IMG/VR virus record: IMGVR_UViG_3300021976_000017
Location: 1 to 57,168 of that record
From: a virus
Taxonomy: Duplodnaviria > Caudoviricetes
Direction: 5' to 3' (one strand)
DNA length: 57,168 nt
Below, piece by piece: positions 1-8,793 of the stretch; position 1 is the stretch's first letter; every line of letters starts with the position of its first letter. Made by a program: the position numbers and the translations under genes. The notes under the pieces were generated by a model, which made no database searches, was not told the DNA's origin, and saw only the letters and a list, made by a program, of their open reading frames with translations.

Positions 1-392
1 GTGTCCGGGGTGACGGGGTGGGGGGGTTGCCCCCCTGGGTCCGTTTTTCCCGGTTTGATTCCGCGTGCTTGGAGGGCCTCGCTTCGTGACTTCTCGGCGT
101 GGCAGTTGTGGCATGCGCCTTGCCGGTTGTTGAGGTCGTGGAGGTCGCCGCCTTGGGACAGCGGGGTGATGTGGTCGTCTTCGGTGCTGATGCGGGTGCA
201 GTTGGGTCCGTTGATGCGGCAGTGCGGGTCGCGTGCGAGCACGGTGTCGCGTTCGGTTCGTGATTGGCGTGTGCTGCCGCGTCCCCAGGTGCCTGCTGCT
301 CGCTGCTCTGCTGTGTGCTCGGGGCAGTAGGTCTGGGCTACCACGCGGGTCTGACAGTGGAGGCGTCCGCACTTCTTCGGCGCGCGTGGCAT
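1..392 (-). CDS. HNH endonuclease (terminase-associated type), runs off window edge; absent from ORF track
   Basis: Manual translation from ATG 392: MPRAPKKCGRLHC...RDPHCRINGPNCTRISTEDDHITPLSQGGDLHDLNNRQGACHNCHAEKS; DHI.PL..GG and C..CH..K motifs. Confidence 0.85.
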   Translation of the reverse strand, partial: MPRAPKKCGRLHCQTRVVAQTYCPEHTAEQRAAGTWGRGSTRQSRTERDTVLARDPHCRINGPNCTRISTEDDHITPLSQGGDLHDLNNRQGACHNCHAEKSRSEALQARGIKPGKTDPGGQPPHPVTPD

Positions 393-431
393 GACGTTAT
401 GTCAGCCTGCCTGGGAGAGGCTGGGCTTCCA

Positions 432-710
432 CTATGTGGGTAGGTCGGTGCGCAGCAGCGTGTCGTACCACTCGGACGCGAGGCTGTCGCCTGTCTCGTC
501 GAGCGCGGGCAGGCCGTCCTCATCGTCGAGGTACACCTGCATGCGCAGCATTGGTGCGTCGACCACGTCGTACGCGACGGCCATGACGCGTGCTGGGTCG
601 TAGCCGTGGGCTGCGATCAGGTCGCACACGTCGGGCTGCAGGTCGTCGAAGCGCTGCCGGAACACGCCGTCGTTGGCGTCGAGGCACGGATCCGTGATGG
701 TGTCGATCAC
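432..710 (-). CDS. Hypothetical acidic phage protein
   Basis: 3' part of ORF 432..950; GTG start overlaps upstream stop. Confidence 0.55.
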   Translation of the reverse strand: MIDTITDPCLDANDGVFRQRFDDLQPDVCDLIAAHGYDPARVMAVAYDVVDAPMLRMQVYLDDEDGLPALDETGDSLASEWYDTLLRTDLPT

Positions 711-874
711 GGTGATAGCCCGTCGACGCTGTTGTGGACCACTGAGCGGTTGCCGTTGGAGTGGAGCTCGATGCGTGGCCGGCACGGGCAGCCGAGGCCA
801 TGCAGCTGGTGGACGATGGCGTCGCGGGCAGGCCACACGTGGACCTCGCGGTCGACGATCTCGGTGTCGCTCAT
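707..874 (-). CDS. Small His/Cys protein (H...CPCRP...HNS)
   Basis: ORF track; coupled to neighbours; metal-binding-like motif. Confidence 0.6.
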   Translation of the reverse strand: MSDTEIVDREVHVWPARDAIVHQLHGLGCPCRPRIELHSNGNRSVVHNSVDGLSP

Positions 875-891
875 CCACGCGCCGAGGCCGA

Positions 892-1161
892 TCATCCCGG
901 CCCGACCTTCGTGCCGCGGATCTTGCCGCCATGCTCAAGCCTGTAGGCATCAGAGCCGGTGTGCTGGTGGAACACCTCGAAGTGCCACTTGCTGGTGGTG
1001 GAGTCGAGCAGATGCGGGTCGTGGATGAACCGCGCCAGATGGTCGTGCAGCGCCTGCCACGGGTGCGGCGAGCTCGCCCACTTGGCGAGCCCCGGTCCGG
1101 TCACCCAGTAGGCGTGGAGGCGTTCAGCGTCGACCTTGCCCTGAGGTGACTTCGCGACCAC
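892..1161 (-). CDS. Hypothetical phage protein
   Basis: ORF track; RLHAYW..G.G.AKW pattern; protein-like composition. Confidence 0.65.
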   Translation of the reverse strand: MVAKSPQGKVDAERLHAYWVTGPGLAKWASSPHPWQALHDHLARFIHDPHLLDSTTSKWHFEVFHQHTGSDAYRLEHGGKIRGTKVGPG

Positions 1162-1171
1162 GGACGCTCAC

Positions 1172-1465
1172 CTAGCCGGCGGCTTGCTCTTCAGCTGCCG
1201 GCGGTACGACGCCACCGAAGTGGCCAGTGATCTGGATGACGTCGCCTGGCTTCAGCGCTGTCGCGTCCTCGTCGAGCACCAGCTTCACCTCGACCGAGCG
1301 GATCTTGCCCTCGGTGTTGCTGACGACGCACGAGTATGTGAACTCGCTGTCCGGGTTCTGGCCGGGCGGCTTCCACGTCTCGTCGGCGTTGGCGACGGCG
1401 AGCACGTCGATCGGCGAGGGTCCGTCGCTGACGTCCTGCACGGTGGCACGGGCGGTCCAGGTCAT
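1172..1465 (-). CDS. Hypothetical protein (possibly OB-fold-like)
   Basis: RBS AGGAGAG upstream; LKPGDVIQITG motif. Confidence 0.6.
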   Translation of the reverse strand: MTWTARATVQDVSDGPSPIDVLAVANADETWKPPGQNPDSEFTYSCVVSNTEGKIRSVEVKLVLDEDATALKPGDVIQITGHFGGVVPPAAEEQAAG

Positions 1466-1586
1466 TGGCTCGCTCTCCTCGTATCTGGTGTCTCGAAAAC
1501 GGTCCGGTCGTACACGTAGCGGTCAGTGACGACGACGTGTGCACTAGCCGCGTGCGAGTGTCGCTGAACCCGCGTACGTTACTGGG

Positions 1587-2153
1587 ATGGGAACGAAGCT
1601 GGGATATGCCAGGGTCAGCACCCGCGAGCAGGAACTCGGCCTGCAGCTCGACGCGCTCACCCGAGACGGCGTCGCGGCCGACGACATCTACACCGACCAA
1701 GCCAGCGGCAGCCTCGCCACACGGCCAGGGCTCGACGCTGTAACGGCCCGCCTAGCTGACGGTGACGTGCTCGTGGTGTGGAAGCTGGACCGGCTCGGCC
1801 GATCCCTCCAGCACCTCGTGACGGCCGTGAAGGAGCTAGGCGACCGAGGCGTCGGGTTCCGCTCCCTCACCGAGTCCATCGACACCACCAACGGCGCCGG
1901 CCGGTTCATGTTCCACGTGTTCGCTGCGCTCGCCGAGTTCGAGCGGGACATCATCATCGAACGCACGAACGCCGGGCTGGCGACTGCGCGGGCGCAGGGC
2001 CGCCGTGGTGGCCGGCCGCCGGCGTTGACCGAGCAGGCGACCACAGAGGCGCACCGCATGATCGACGCTGGCACGTCCGTCGCCGAGACCGCGAGGATCC
2101 TGCGCGTCTCCCGCGCGAGCATCTACCGCGCGTTCAATCGAGAGGCCGTCTGA
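1587..2153 (+). CDS. Serine recombinase (resolvase/invertase family) with C-terminal HTH
   Basis: GYARVST catalytic motif, VWKLDRLGRS, LAEFERDII.ERT..GL, GRP and terminal HTH. Confidence 0.95.
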   Translation: MGTKLGYARVSTREQELGLQLDALTRDGVAADDIYTDQASGSLATRPGLDAVTARLADGDVLVVWKLDRLGRSLQHLVTAVKELGDRGVGFRSLTESIDTTNGAGRFMFHVFAALAEFERDIIIERTNAGLATARAQGRRGGRPPALTEQATTEAHRMIDAGTSVAETARILRVSRASIYRAFNREAV

Positions 2154-2195
2154 AACGTATTGACGCTATCCAGCCGCCCGGGTAACGTATTGCGT
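2154..2195 (+). promoter_or_regulatory. SigA-like promoter for a leaderless transcript, overlapped by direct repeat AACGTATTG
   Basis: TTGACG(2160)-17 bp-TAACGT(2183), ATG 7 nt later; AACGTATTG at 2154 and 2184. Confidence 0.65.
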
Positions 2196-2531
2196 ATGAC
2201 GCAGACAGCAGCAGTCGAAGCCATCCAGCGAGTCGACCCCCAGTGGGGCGAGGACTACTGCAACGGCCAGGTCGCCTACGTGGTCCCCGGATCGGGCACC
2301 TACGTGTGGATGTACCGCAAGGGCCAGAAGGTCCGCTTCTACGACACGAACGCCGTCCAGGTCGGTCCGGAGCACGCGAACGTCATGCCCGCGCTGTGCT
2401 GGGCAGCTGGTCAGGCATGGATCGACCCGTTCAACGTCAACCTGTCGCTCGCCTGCACCACCGAGGTCCGCAGCGGGGTGGCCGCCCGGCGTCAGGCCGC
2501 CCTGCTCAAGCAGGAGCGCGGCGTTGCCTAG
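2196..2531 (+). CDS. Hypothetical protein
   Basis: ORF track (ATG 2196 after promoter). Confidence 0.65.
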   Translation: MTQTAAVEAIQRVDPQWGEDYCNGQVAYVVPGSGTYVWMYRKGQKVRFYDTNAVQVGPEHANVMPALCWAAGQAWIDPFNVNLSLACTTEVRSGVAARRQAALLKQERGVA

Positions 2532-2691
2532 GCCAAACCGGGACCGGGTGATGGTCAGCTTCTACATCAGCCGAGCAGGGAAGGCCGCCGTCGAGGAGAT
2601 GGCGGCCGAGCGGGGCCAGTCCAAGGCCGACACGTACCGGGAGCTGCTCAGGATCGGGCTGCAGTACTCGCAGCAGAAGGGACGGTCGTGA
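2524..2691 (+). CDS. Small ribbon-helix-helix-like DNA-binding protein (55 aa)
   Basis: Manual translation MPRPNRDRVMVSFYISRAGKAAVEEMAAERGQSKADTYRELLRIGL; beta-strand plus two helices pattern. Confidence 0.65.
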   Translation: MPRPNRDRVMVSFYISRAGKAAVEEMAAERGQSKADTYRELLRIGLQYSQQKGRS

Positions 2692-2840
2692 TGGGGTTCT
2701 TCGTCCGCCGGCCGCGCCTACTGCGTCGGCCCCGGCTCATCCCCCGCAGCGTCCGCATCGGACCGCTCCGAGTGTCCCGCCGGCGCATCACCCTGAGCGC
2801 TGGCCCTGTCGGTTACAGCGAGCCGAGGAAGCGCCACTAA
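2691..2840 (+). CDS. Small basic protein, DUF4236-like (49 aa)
   Basis: Manual translation MGFFVRR...RSVRIGPLRVSRRRITLSAGPVGY; TGATG coupling. Confidence 0.45.
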   Translation: MGFFVRRPRLLRRPRLIPRSVRIGPLRVSRRRITLSAGPVGYSEPRKRH

Positions 2841-2885
2841 CCTTGATCGTCGCCCGGGCTCGTGTCGAGCCGGGCCCGGGGTCCA

Positions 2886-3110
2886 TTACGCGGTGCGCGC
2901 CTTGCCGAGCGCACGGTTGCGGGTGTCACGGGCCGCACGTAGAACGTCGATCCGCTTGTACAGCGGCCGGTCGTGGTCATCCAGGCCGGCTGGCTCCAGC
3001 CAGCCTCGCTTCTTCCACATGCTGATCGTGGACCGGCCGACACCGCACATGTCGGCTGCATCGGCGGTGCTCACGAGGTCGTCTAGCGCCTCAGGGACCA
3101 GTTGATCCAC
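2886..3110 (-). CDS. MerR/Xis-type HTH DNA-binding protein
   Basis: TADAADMCGVGRSTISMWKKRGWL...RPLY; GGAGG RBS. Confidence 0.8.
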   Translation of the reverse strand: MDQLVPEALDDLVSTADAADMCGVGRSTISMWKKRGWLEPAGLDDHDRPLYKRIDVLRAARDTRNRALGKARTA

Positions 3111-3205
3111 GTGCACCTCCTGAGCCTTGCGCCTCCATGCGAGAGCCCCGACCAGAACGAGGCTGGTCGGGGCTCTGTGGCGCACTTCGCCTATTGGCAG
3201 AATGA

Positions 3206-3889
3206 TCACACTGTGACGGCGTCACTCGCAACAATCGACGCGTTCCGCGTGTCGTACGCGGTGATCAGTTCGTCGATGACGAGTCGGGTCAGGAACGGGT
3301 AGTGCTCCTCTCTGATGACCGTTGCGCAGTGACCGCATTCGATGCGTCCTGTTGTCCGTAGCAGCGCGGCGGTGTCGCAGTTCGGGCACGGGGTTGGGAG
3401 CCGCTGCGTGAACCGGGTCTGGCCGAGGGCGCGGCGCACCTGGGCGTGTAGATCGACCAGTTCGATCGCGGTGTCGCGGGCCGCGCTGTACGTGCAGAGC
3501 TGGTTCATGTGGTTGGTCAGGTAGTGGTGGGATCGGGCGATGAGGTGGGTCTCGACGGCGCGTAGGTGCAGCGGTGGCGGGTGACCGAGTTCTTCGCGGA
3601 GCCCGTCCTCCACCCAGTTCAGGTGGTAGGCGATCAGCGACGCCGTGTCGGATGCCCATTCGGCGGGGTGGCCGAAGGAGCGTGCACGGGTGGCGGCCAG
3701 TTTGCTGTTGCCGCTGGTCCGGGCCGGTGCTGGTAGGGCCGTCTTGACGGTGGCGTAGTCCATTATGAGCCAGTCGAATAGCCGGCGGTAGCGGCGGCGG
3801 CACGCGTCGCAGACACCGTCACCAGTGAGCTCGGGTTGGTCGTGGCCGTCGTCGCATCCCGGGTAGAGGCACGGGCTGACCAGGCTCAT
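3206..3889 (-). CDS. Zinc-binding phage protein
   Basis: CxxxxC, CxxC, CPNC and CGHC motifs; typical position before terminal HTH. Confidence 0.7.
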   Translation of the reverse strand: MSLVSPCLYPGCDDGHDQPELTGDGVCDACRRRYRRLFDWLIMDYATVKTALPAPARTSGNSKLAATRARSFGHPAEWASDTASLIAYHLNWVEDGLREELGHPPPLHLRAVETHLIARSHHYLTNHMNQLCTYSAARDTAIELVDLHAQVRRALGQTRFTQRLPTPCPNCDTAALLRTTGRIECGHCATVIREEHYPFLTRLVIDELITAYDTRNASIVASDAVTV

Positions 3890-4215
3890 TTGAGTCGCCA
3901 TATCTGCCGCTCGTGCTGCTGCCGCTCGTATTCGCGGGCGAAGCGGCGGGCCAGCTCCCATTTCCGCCACCACGACCGAGCCGCGAGCATCGCAAAGCCA
4001 CCGGCGATGTAGTTGCTGATCCGCCACCACAGGGAGTCCTGGATCGTTGTCCCGCCCCAGAACATGGCGGCTGCGAGCAGGCCGTCGGCTAGGCAGCGGG
4101 CCCGGAAGCGGGCCACGCCGTCGGGGATGTTCCACAGCCAGCCGTGGATGGCGAAGCCCCCGGCGGCAGCTGCCAGCAGCAGGAAGATCAGCGCGTCGAT
4201 CTGCGTGAGGGTCAT
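3886..4215 (-). CDS. Membrane protein
   Basis: Three hydrophobic segments; coupled start/stop. Confidence 0.65.
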   Translation of the reverse strand: MTLTQIDALIFLLLAAAAGGFAIHGWLWNIPDGVARFRARCLADGLLAAAMFWGGTTIQDSLWWRISNYIAGGFAMLAARSWWRKWELARRFAREYERQQHERQIWRLK

Positions 4216-5978
4216 AGCTGCGCTCCATGCATCAGGATCTCCGTGGCGACGATCAGGCCGGCCACGCGGTCGGCGAGGCCGTTGCGGACTAGGTCAGACA
4301 GGTACGTCGAGAACGTGCCGCCGGTGACGGAGATGCCAGCAGCCTCGCCGAGCTCGTCCTTCGTCAGCCCGCCCGGGTGTGCGGCGATGAGGGCGTCGAG
4401 CATCGTCGCCGCGCCAGACCGGAGGATCGTGCGGTAGTGGTCCTGCAGCTCGGCGGCGGTCATCGGCTCCGGTGCGCCGCCGAGGTAGTCGAACCCGGCC
4501 TGGGTGAGCGTGTAGCCGGCAGGGCCCTCGTCGATCAGGCCGGCGCGGCGGATGTCCGACAGGTACGTCGACCAGGTGCCTCCGCCGGTCTTCAGCTTCG
4601 CGACGGTCCCCCACTGCGACTTCGTGATCCGCAGCGGCGCCATCCGGCCGAGCGCTTCCACCATGCGCCGCGCGCCGCTACGTAGCTCGGTTGAGCGGCC
4701 GGCAGGGTCGTCCGGGCGCATCTCCGGACGTTCCCCTGCCGGCCTTCTCGGTGTGGCGGTACCCGACGGTGCGAGCCGTGCACCGTGGTCAGGCCTGACG
4801 CTCGGCGTGGCTGCGCTGCTGCCTCGCTGGCTCGGCGGACCCTGCTTAGCCGCCGCGGGTAGCTCCGTGGCGTTCCATCTGGCGAGCTGTTCAAGCATGT
4901 CACGGGAGACGCCGGTGATGTCCTCGCCGTACTTGCGGAGGTCGGTGAGCGCGGTCTCCAGCCGCCCAGCCAGTTCGTCGGCGAGGACGGGCACCTCGAC
5001 GATCTGGACTTCGGGTTTGATGTCGCCGAGCTGCTTCTCCAGGTCGCGGATCCGGGCCCGCAGCGCGCGCGGGTCGTCAGCCTTGGCGCGTTCGACGGTG
5101 TCGGCGATCCGCTGCCCCAACGCAGCCAGGTCGACCTCGGCGCGGCCGCGGGGCGCGGCGAGCGCCTGCCCCGGTTTCGGGGTGGCGTGCGAGTCGAACG
5201 TGCGGATCCGGCGCACCGTGGTGCGTTTCAGGAGGCGCAGCAGCGCCGGCGACCACACCCACGCTTCGCCGACCTGCAGCGACGGCAGCGACCCAATGAC
5301 CTCACCGACGGAGGTGCCCTCGTCGACGTTGACCGACACCCAGTCCTGGATCGCCTTGATGGAGCGGGGACCGGTCATGCCGAGCAGGAACAGCGTCTCG
5401 CAGAGGTCCAGGACGGACTTCGCGACCTCCTGCGGCCGCTGCGTCACCAGCGTGATGCCGAGGCCTCGTTGCCGGCCGCGTTTGGCGATGTCCTCCATCG
5501 CGCCGAGCAGCCGGGCTGTGTCGGCTGAAGCCCGTTGCGGGACCAGCACGTCGGCTTCGTCGACGAGGACGTGCAGTGCCTCACGGTTGCGACGGTAGAG
5601 CCGTTCAGCGAACGTCGTGGTGAACGACCGGGCCTTCGTCTTGGACATCAGGCTCATGTCGAGGATGCAGGCGACCCGCTCGTCGACGATCAGGTCGGCG
5701 ACCAGTTCGCCGGCGGTCGGCTCGAGGGGGACGTCGGCGTGGTCGCCGCCGAACACGACGAACGGCAGGCCGGGGCCTTTCCCGTCGGCTGAGGACCGTA
5801 GCCCCCACCAGTCGCCTTTGACGTCGAGGACGACGACGGGCAGGCCGGCTGCGTACATCTCCTCGACTAGGACGTGCGCTGTGGATGATTTGCCTTTGCC
5901 GCGGTTCGCGAGGATCGCGAACGTCTCGGTGACGGCGTCGTTCGGCAGGTCCAGGTCAGGTGAGATGTGGAGGCTCAC
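4212..5978 (-). CDS. HerA/FtsK-superfamily (DUF87/DUF853-like) ATPase with C-terminal tandem winged-helix repeats
   Basis: Walker A ANRGKGKS, LDVKGDW, Walker B VLVDEA, GRQRG, TQRP; duplicated LRSGA..M..AL...GGT.STYLSD motif. Confidence 0.85.
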   Translation of the reverse strand: MSLHISPDLDLPNDAVTETFAILANRGKGKSSTAHVLVEEMYAAGLPVVVLDVKGDWWGLRSSADGKGPGLPFVVFGGDHADVPLEPTAGELVADLIVDERVACILDMSLMSKTKARSFTTTFAERLYRRNREALHVLVDEADVLVPQRASADTARLLGAMEDIAKRGRQRGLGITLVTQRPQEVAKSVLDLCETLFLLGMTGPRSIKAIQDWVSVNVDEGTSVGEVIGSLPSLQVGEAWVWSPALLRLLKRTTVRRIRTFDSHATPKPGQALAAPRGRAEVDLAALGQRIADTVERAKADDPRALRARIRDLEKQLGDIKPEVQIVEVPVLADELAGRLETALTDLRKYGEDITGVSRDMLEQLARWNATELPAAAKQGPPSQRGSSAATPSVRPDHGARLAPSGTATPRRPAGERPEMRPDDPAGRSTELRSGARRMVEALGRMAPLRITKSQWGTVAKLKTGGGTWSTYLSDIRRAGLIDEGPAGYTLTQAGFDYLGGAPEPMTAAELQDHYRTILRSGAATMLDALIAAHPGGLTKDELGEAAGISVTGGTFSTYLSDLVRNGLADRVAGLIVATEILMHGAQL

Positions 5979-6304
5979 GGGGTCTCCTCTGGTCCAACCA
6001 CGGGGTCAGATGGCTTGCCGATCCGGACGTTGAACGTGTCGTCTCGGCCGTCCATGTACACGTCCAGCGACAGGCCGTACGCGTCGGACTGATCGAGGTA
6101 GGTCAGCGCGACGGCGCCGCCGGCCTTCTGCACCAGTGCGGCGATGAGCCAGCGGCGACGGTCCAACTCCCGCTGCTGATCACCCAGCAACCGTGTCAGC
6201 CGGTCGTTGTCGTGCTTGACCGCGCTGTAGCGGCGTTGGAAGTCGCATGGCTGGTGACCGAACCGCGATAGCCCGATCGTCCGGTCGTAGTTGATCTCAG
6301 CCAT
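5975..6304 (-). CDS. Hypothetical protein
   Basis: GAGGAG RBS, MAEINY start, coupled array. Confidence 0.6.
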   Translation of the reverse strand: MAEINYDRTIGLSRFGHQPCDFQRRYSAVKHDNDRLTRLLGDQQRELDRRRWLIAALVQKAGGAVALTYLDQSDAYGLSLDVYMDGRDDTFNVRIGKPSDPVVGPEETP

Positions 6305-6563
6305 GCTGGGTCTCCTCTGGTTGGACCGCCGGATCAGCCTCTTCGCGGTAGTCGAATTCCTCCCATGTCGACGGCATATCCGAGTCGACAGCGGTGTCCA
6401 CGGCGAGGCTCTCGACGAAGCGGCCCAGCCGTGCAGCCTCAACCGTCGTCATGTCCTCAGGCAGCAGCAGCGGGACGACGACACCGGGGCGCACCGGGAA
6501 GGGGTACTCGACCATCCCCTCGGGGGTGTGCCTGCCGTTGAATCTCGTGATCAAGTCACGCAT
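6297..6563 (-). CDS. Hypothetical protein
   Basis: GAGGAG RBS; YPFPVRPG...LP.D.T..EA.RL..FV.SL. Confidence 0.65.
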   Translation of the reverse strand: MRDLITRFNGRHTPEGMVEYPFPVRPGVVVPLLLPEDMTTVEAARLGRFVESLAVDTAVDSDMPSTWEEFDYREEADPAVQPEETQHG

Positions 6564-6945
6564 GGTCCGGCTCCTCTGGTTGGACCGGGGCAGCCAGGGC
6601 AGCGCGGAAGTTCAGCCACAGCCAGTCAGCGTCGCCCCGGTACTTCGACGTGCGGCACGCGACCACGACCCGCTGAGCCTTGTCCAGCCGCCCACGCGCG
6701 TCCTGCGCCTCGTGGACGGCTACAGCCAAGTCGCCTTCTGTGCGCTCCAACTCAGCCTTAGCAGCTGCGACGCGGTGTTCAGCGTTGACGATCTCGTCGA
6801 GTGTGGCGACCGGCTCTAGGCCGCAATGCGGCTCGTGCTGGCCTTCCGGCCCGGTGGCGCAGGTGCAGGCTTCGACCTTCCCGCACAGCCACTCACCGAA
6901 CAGCATGAACCGCTCCGGGTCGATCTCGTCTAGCCGTTCAGCCAT
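6556..6945 (-). CDS. Hypothetical protein (Cys/His motif plus coiled coil)
   Basis: CTC...HEPHCGLEP; coupled array. Confidence 0.6.
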   Translation of the reverse strand: MAERLDEIDPERFMLFGEWLCGKVEACTCATGPEGQHEPHCGLEPVATLDEIVNAEHRVAAAKAELERTEGDLAVAVHEAQDARGRLDKAQRVVVACRTSKYRGDADWLWLNFRAALAAPVQPEEPDHA

Positions 6946-7189
6946 CTGCCTGTCCCCCTTGCTGCTCCGGGGCAGCGACGATCTTGCAAGGCGTCGAACT
7001 GGGATACCGCTCGTTGTGGTACCAACCCTTCGACCACAGTTGGACGTTCGTCTGTAGGTGCGGCTCCGAACCCCAGTTGCCGTGCTCAACCATGCTGAGA
7101 CGCCCGGTGTAGGTCGCGCCCCCGACGGTGAACGTGATCGTCGAGAGCAGGTCACCGGATGTCAGGCTGCCGAGCGTGCGTTCAGCCAT
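6938..7189 (-). CDS. Hypothetical protein
   Basis: MAERTL start; coupled array. Confidence 0.55.
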   Translation of the reverse strand: MAERTLGSLTSGDLLSTITFTVGGATYTGRLSMVEHGNWGSEPHLQTNVQLWSKGWYHNERYPSSTPCKIVAAPEQQGGQADG

Positions 7190-7592
7190 CCCCCGGTCCC
7201 CCTTGCTGCTCTCCAACCCCAGCCCAGCGGCGAAGCGCAAGCCTGTTGATCAGCACATGGATTGAGTTGTCGCAGATGATCAGGAGCCACACAGCCATCC
7301 AGTCCGGCTTATCGCTGCCGTACCCGGTCGCAGTGTGGCCCGGCCGCCACGCCTTCGGCGCGGCCTGGTTCTTCGCCCAGCAGACGTGCTTAGCGAGCCG
7401 CCACCGGTCGATCACGAAATGAGTCCCGCCGATCACCGCAAGAGCCCGCAGCGAACGGGTACGGGGCAGGAAGCACGCCGCGTAGCTGACCGCATGCAAC
7501 GCAGCCGGCAGGTGCCGCTTCGTCTTCTCAGCCGCCATCCAATCGCTTTGAAATACGTAATCCCCGAATGCGTGCGCGAGTAGTTCGCTCAT
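7182..7592 (-). CDS. DUF3307-like membrane protein
   Basis: LAHAFGDYVFQSDWMA..K, HFVIDR and DNSIH motifs. Confidence 0.8.
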   Translation of the reverse strand: MSELLAHAFGDYVFQSDWMAAEKTKRHLPAALHAVSYAACFLPRTRSLRALAVIGGTHFVIDRWRLAKHVCWAKNQAAPKAWRPGHTATGYGSDKPDWMAVWLLIICDNSIHVLINRLALRRWAGVGEQQGGPGDG

Positions 7593-7792
7593 TCGGTACC
7601 GCTGCCCACGCCCGGAAAAGGCCAGCACTTGGAGCACTTCTCAGGCACCGGCCCGACGTACTCGTCGGGTTCGACCTCGTCGAACACCGGGAACCCGCAC
7701 AGTGTGCGGCCTTCCTTCGGGCCGACACGATGGAGCATCGTTCCACTGACCGTGATGCACGCCTGTAGTGCCGTATCGATCCACTCAGCCAT
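7589..7792 (-). CDS. Small zinc-finger-like protein
   Basis: H...TLCG...CSKC. Confidence 0.6.
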   Translation of the reverse strand: MAEWIDTALQACITVSGTMLHRVGPKEGRTLCGFPVFDEVEPDEYVGPVPEKCSKCWPFPGVGSGTE

Positions 7793-8249
7793 GGTCCGTC
7801 TCCTCGGGTGCAGTGACGTCGGCCATGCGCCGCAGCTTCGCGGCTAGTTCCGGCTCGGTCATCCCGGCCGCTTCCCTGGTTTCGATCATTCGGGCTATGG
7901 AACGCATGGCGTGTGCACGGGCGCGGTCTGCAGCCCCCAACATGCGATGCAGAGCGGCAGCGACGAAGCCCGAGCCATCGTTGTTCGCCATGTCGCGCAG
8001 CTCGTCGGCGATCTCGTCTGCGATCTCTGCCCGCAGGAGAGGCCCGGATACAGCCAAGACGGCATCGACGATCGGCCCCGCACCACCCATCCACGCGGCG
8101 CGGTACTCGCTGGTCTCACCCGCCCAGTTGACAACTAGGTAGCCCATTGCGTGGCCGTGCCGCTGGTACAGAATCCGCGCGACCGCTTCCATCGCAGCTT
8201 CGACCGCAGCCTCGCGCGCAGCTTCGGGTGTCGGCTGCTCAGTGGTCAC
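7785..8249 (-). CDS. Hypothetical protein
   Basis: ORF track; coupled array. Confidence 0.55.
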   Translation of the reverse strand: MTTEQPTPEAAREAAVEAAMEAVARILYQRHGHAMGYLVVNWAGETSEYRAAWMGGAGPIVDAVLAVSGPLLRAEIADEIADELRDMANNDGSGFVAAALHRMLGAADRARAHAMRSIARMIETREAAGMTEPELAAKLRRMADVTAPEETDHG

Positions 8250-8509
8250 CGGTCCCCCCGAGCAGCAACGTCGTCGAGTTGACGCACCGTCGCCAGCGGC
8301 TCAGGCGACTGCACATCCACCGACGCGATCAGTTTCCGGGCACGGTCGAACGCGCCGTCCGCGACGACGAACTCGACAGCGAACGCCACAGTCGGCAGCG
8401 CATCGCCGTAGGAGTCCTTCAGCGGCTCGTCGCTGGGTTTGCTGCTAGCGGCGATCTTCGTCCGGCCGGTATCAGCGCGAGCGATCCGCACGTAGGTCTT
8501 GACCTTCAT
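8246..8509 (-). CDS. Hypothetical protein
   Basis: GAGGAG RBS; ORF track. Confidence 0.6.
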   Translation of the reverse strand: MKVKTYVRIARADTGRTKIAASSKPSDEPLKDSYGDALPTVAFAVEFVVADGAFDRARKLIASVDVQSPEPLATVRQLDDVAARGDR

Positions 8510-8721
8510 TTTTGGTTCTCCTCCTGAGGGGCAGAAACAGCAGCGACAGGGAGCGACGAGACGAACCGGCCGGCCAGGTACGGCGTCAGCCGCTTGCCGC
8601 TCATGAAGCCGCGCGCCACCTCCCGCTCACGAGGGTTCGGCTCACGCTCGTTCGCGGCGATCAGCCGTAGCGCGGCCTCGTCCTTCCGTTGCGCTTTTCG
8701 TGCGTTGCCGTTGTTGCGCAT
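8506..8721 (-). CDS. Hypothetical protein
   Basis: GGAGG RBS before MRNNGN. Confidence 0.5.
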   Translation of the reverse strand: MRNNGNARKAQRKDEAALRLIAANEREPNPREREVARGFMSGKRLTPYLAGRFVSSLPVAAVSAPQEENQK

Positions 8722-8793
8722 TTGGTTTTCCTCCGGTGGTGGGTTGAAGAATGGGCCAGCCCAGCCCCTGCCAGGCCGGCCCACGCGCGGGAT

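Noticed and set aside
1587-2153. Tn3-family transposon
   Set aside because: No transposase or terminal inverted repeats were found
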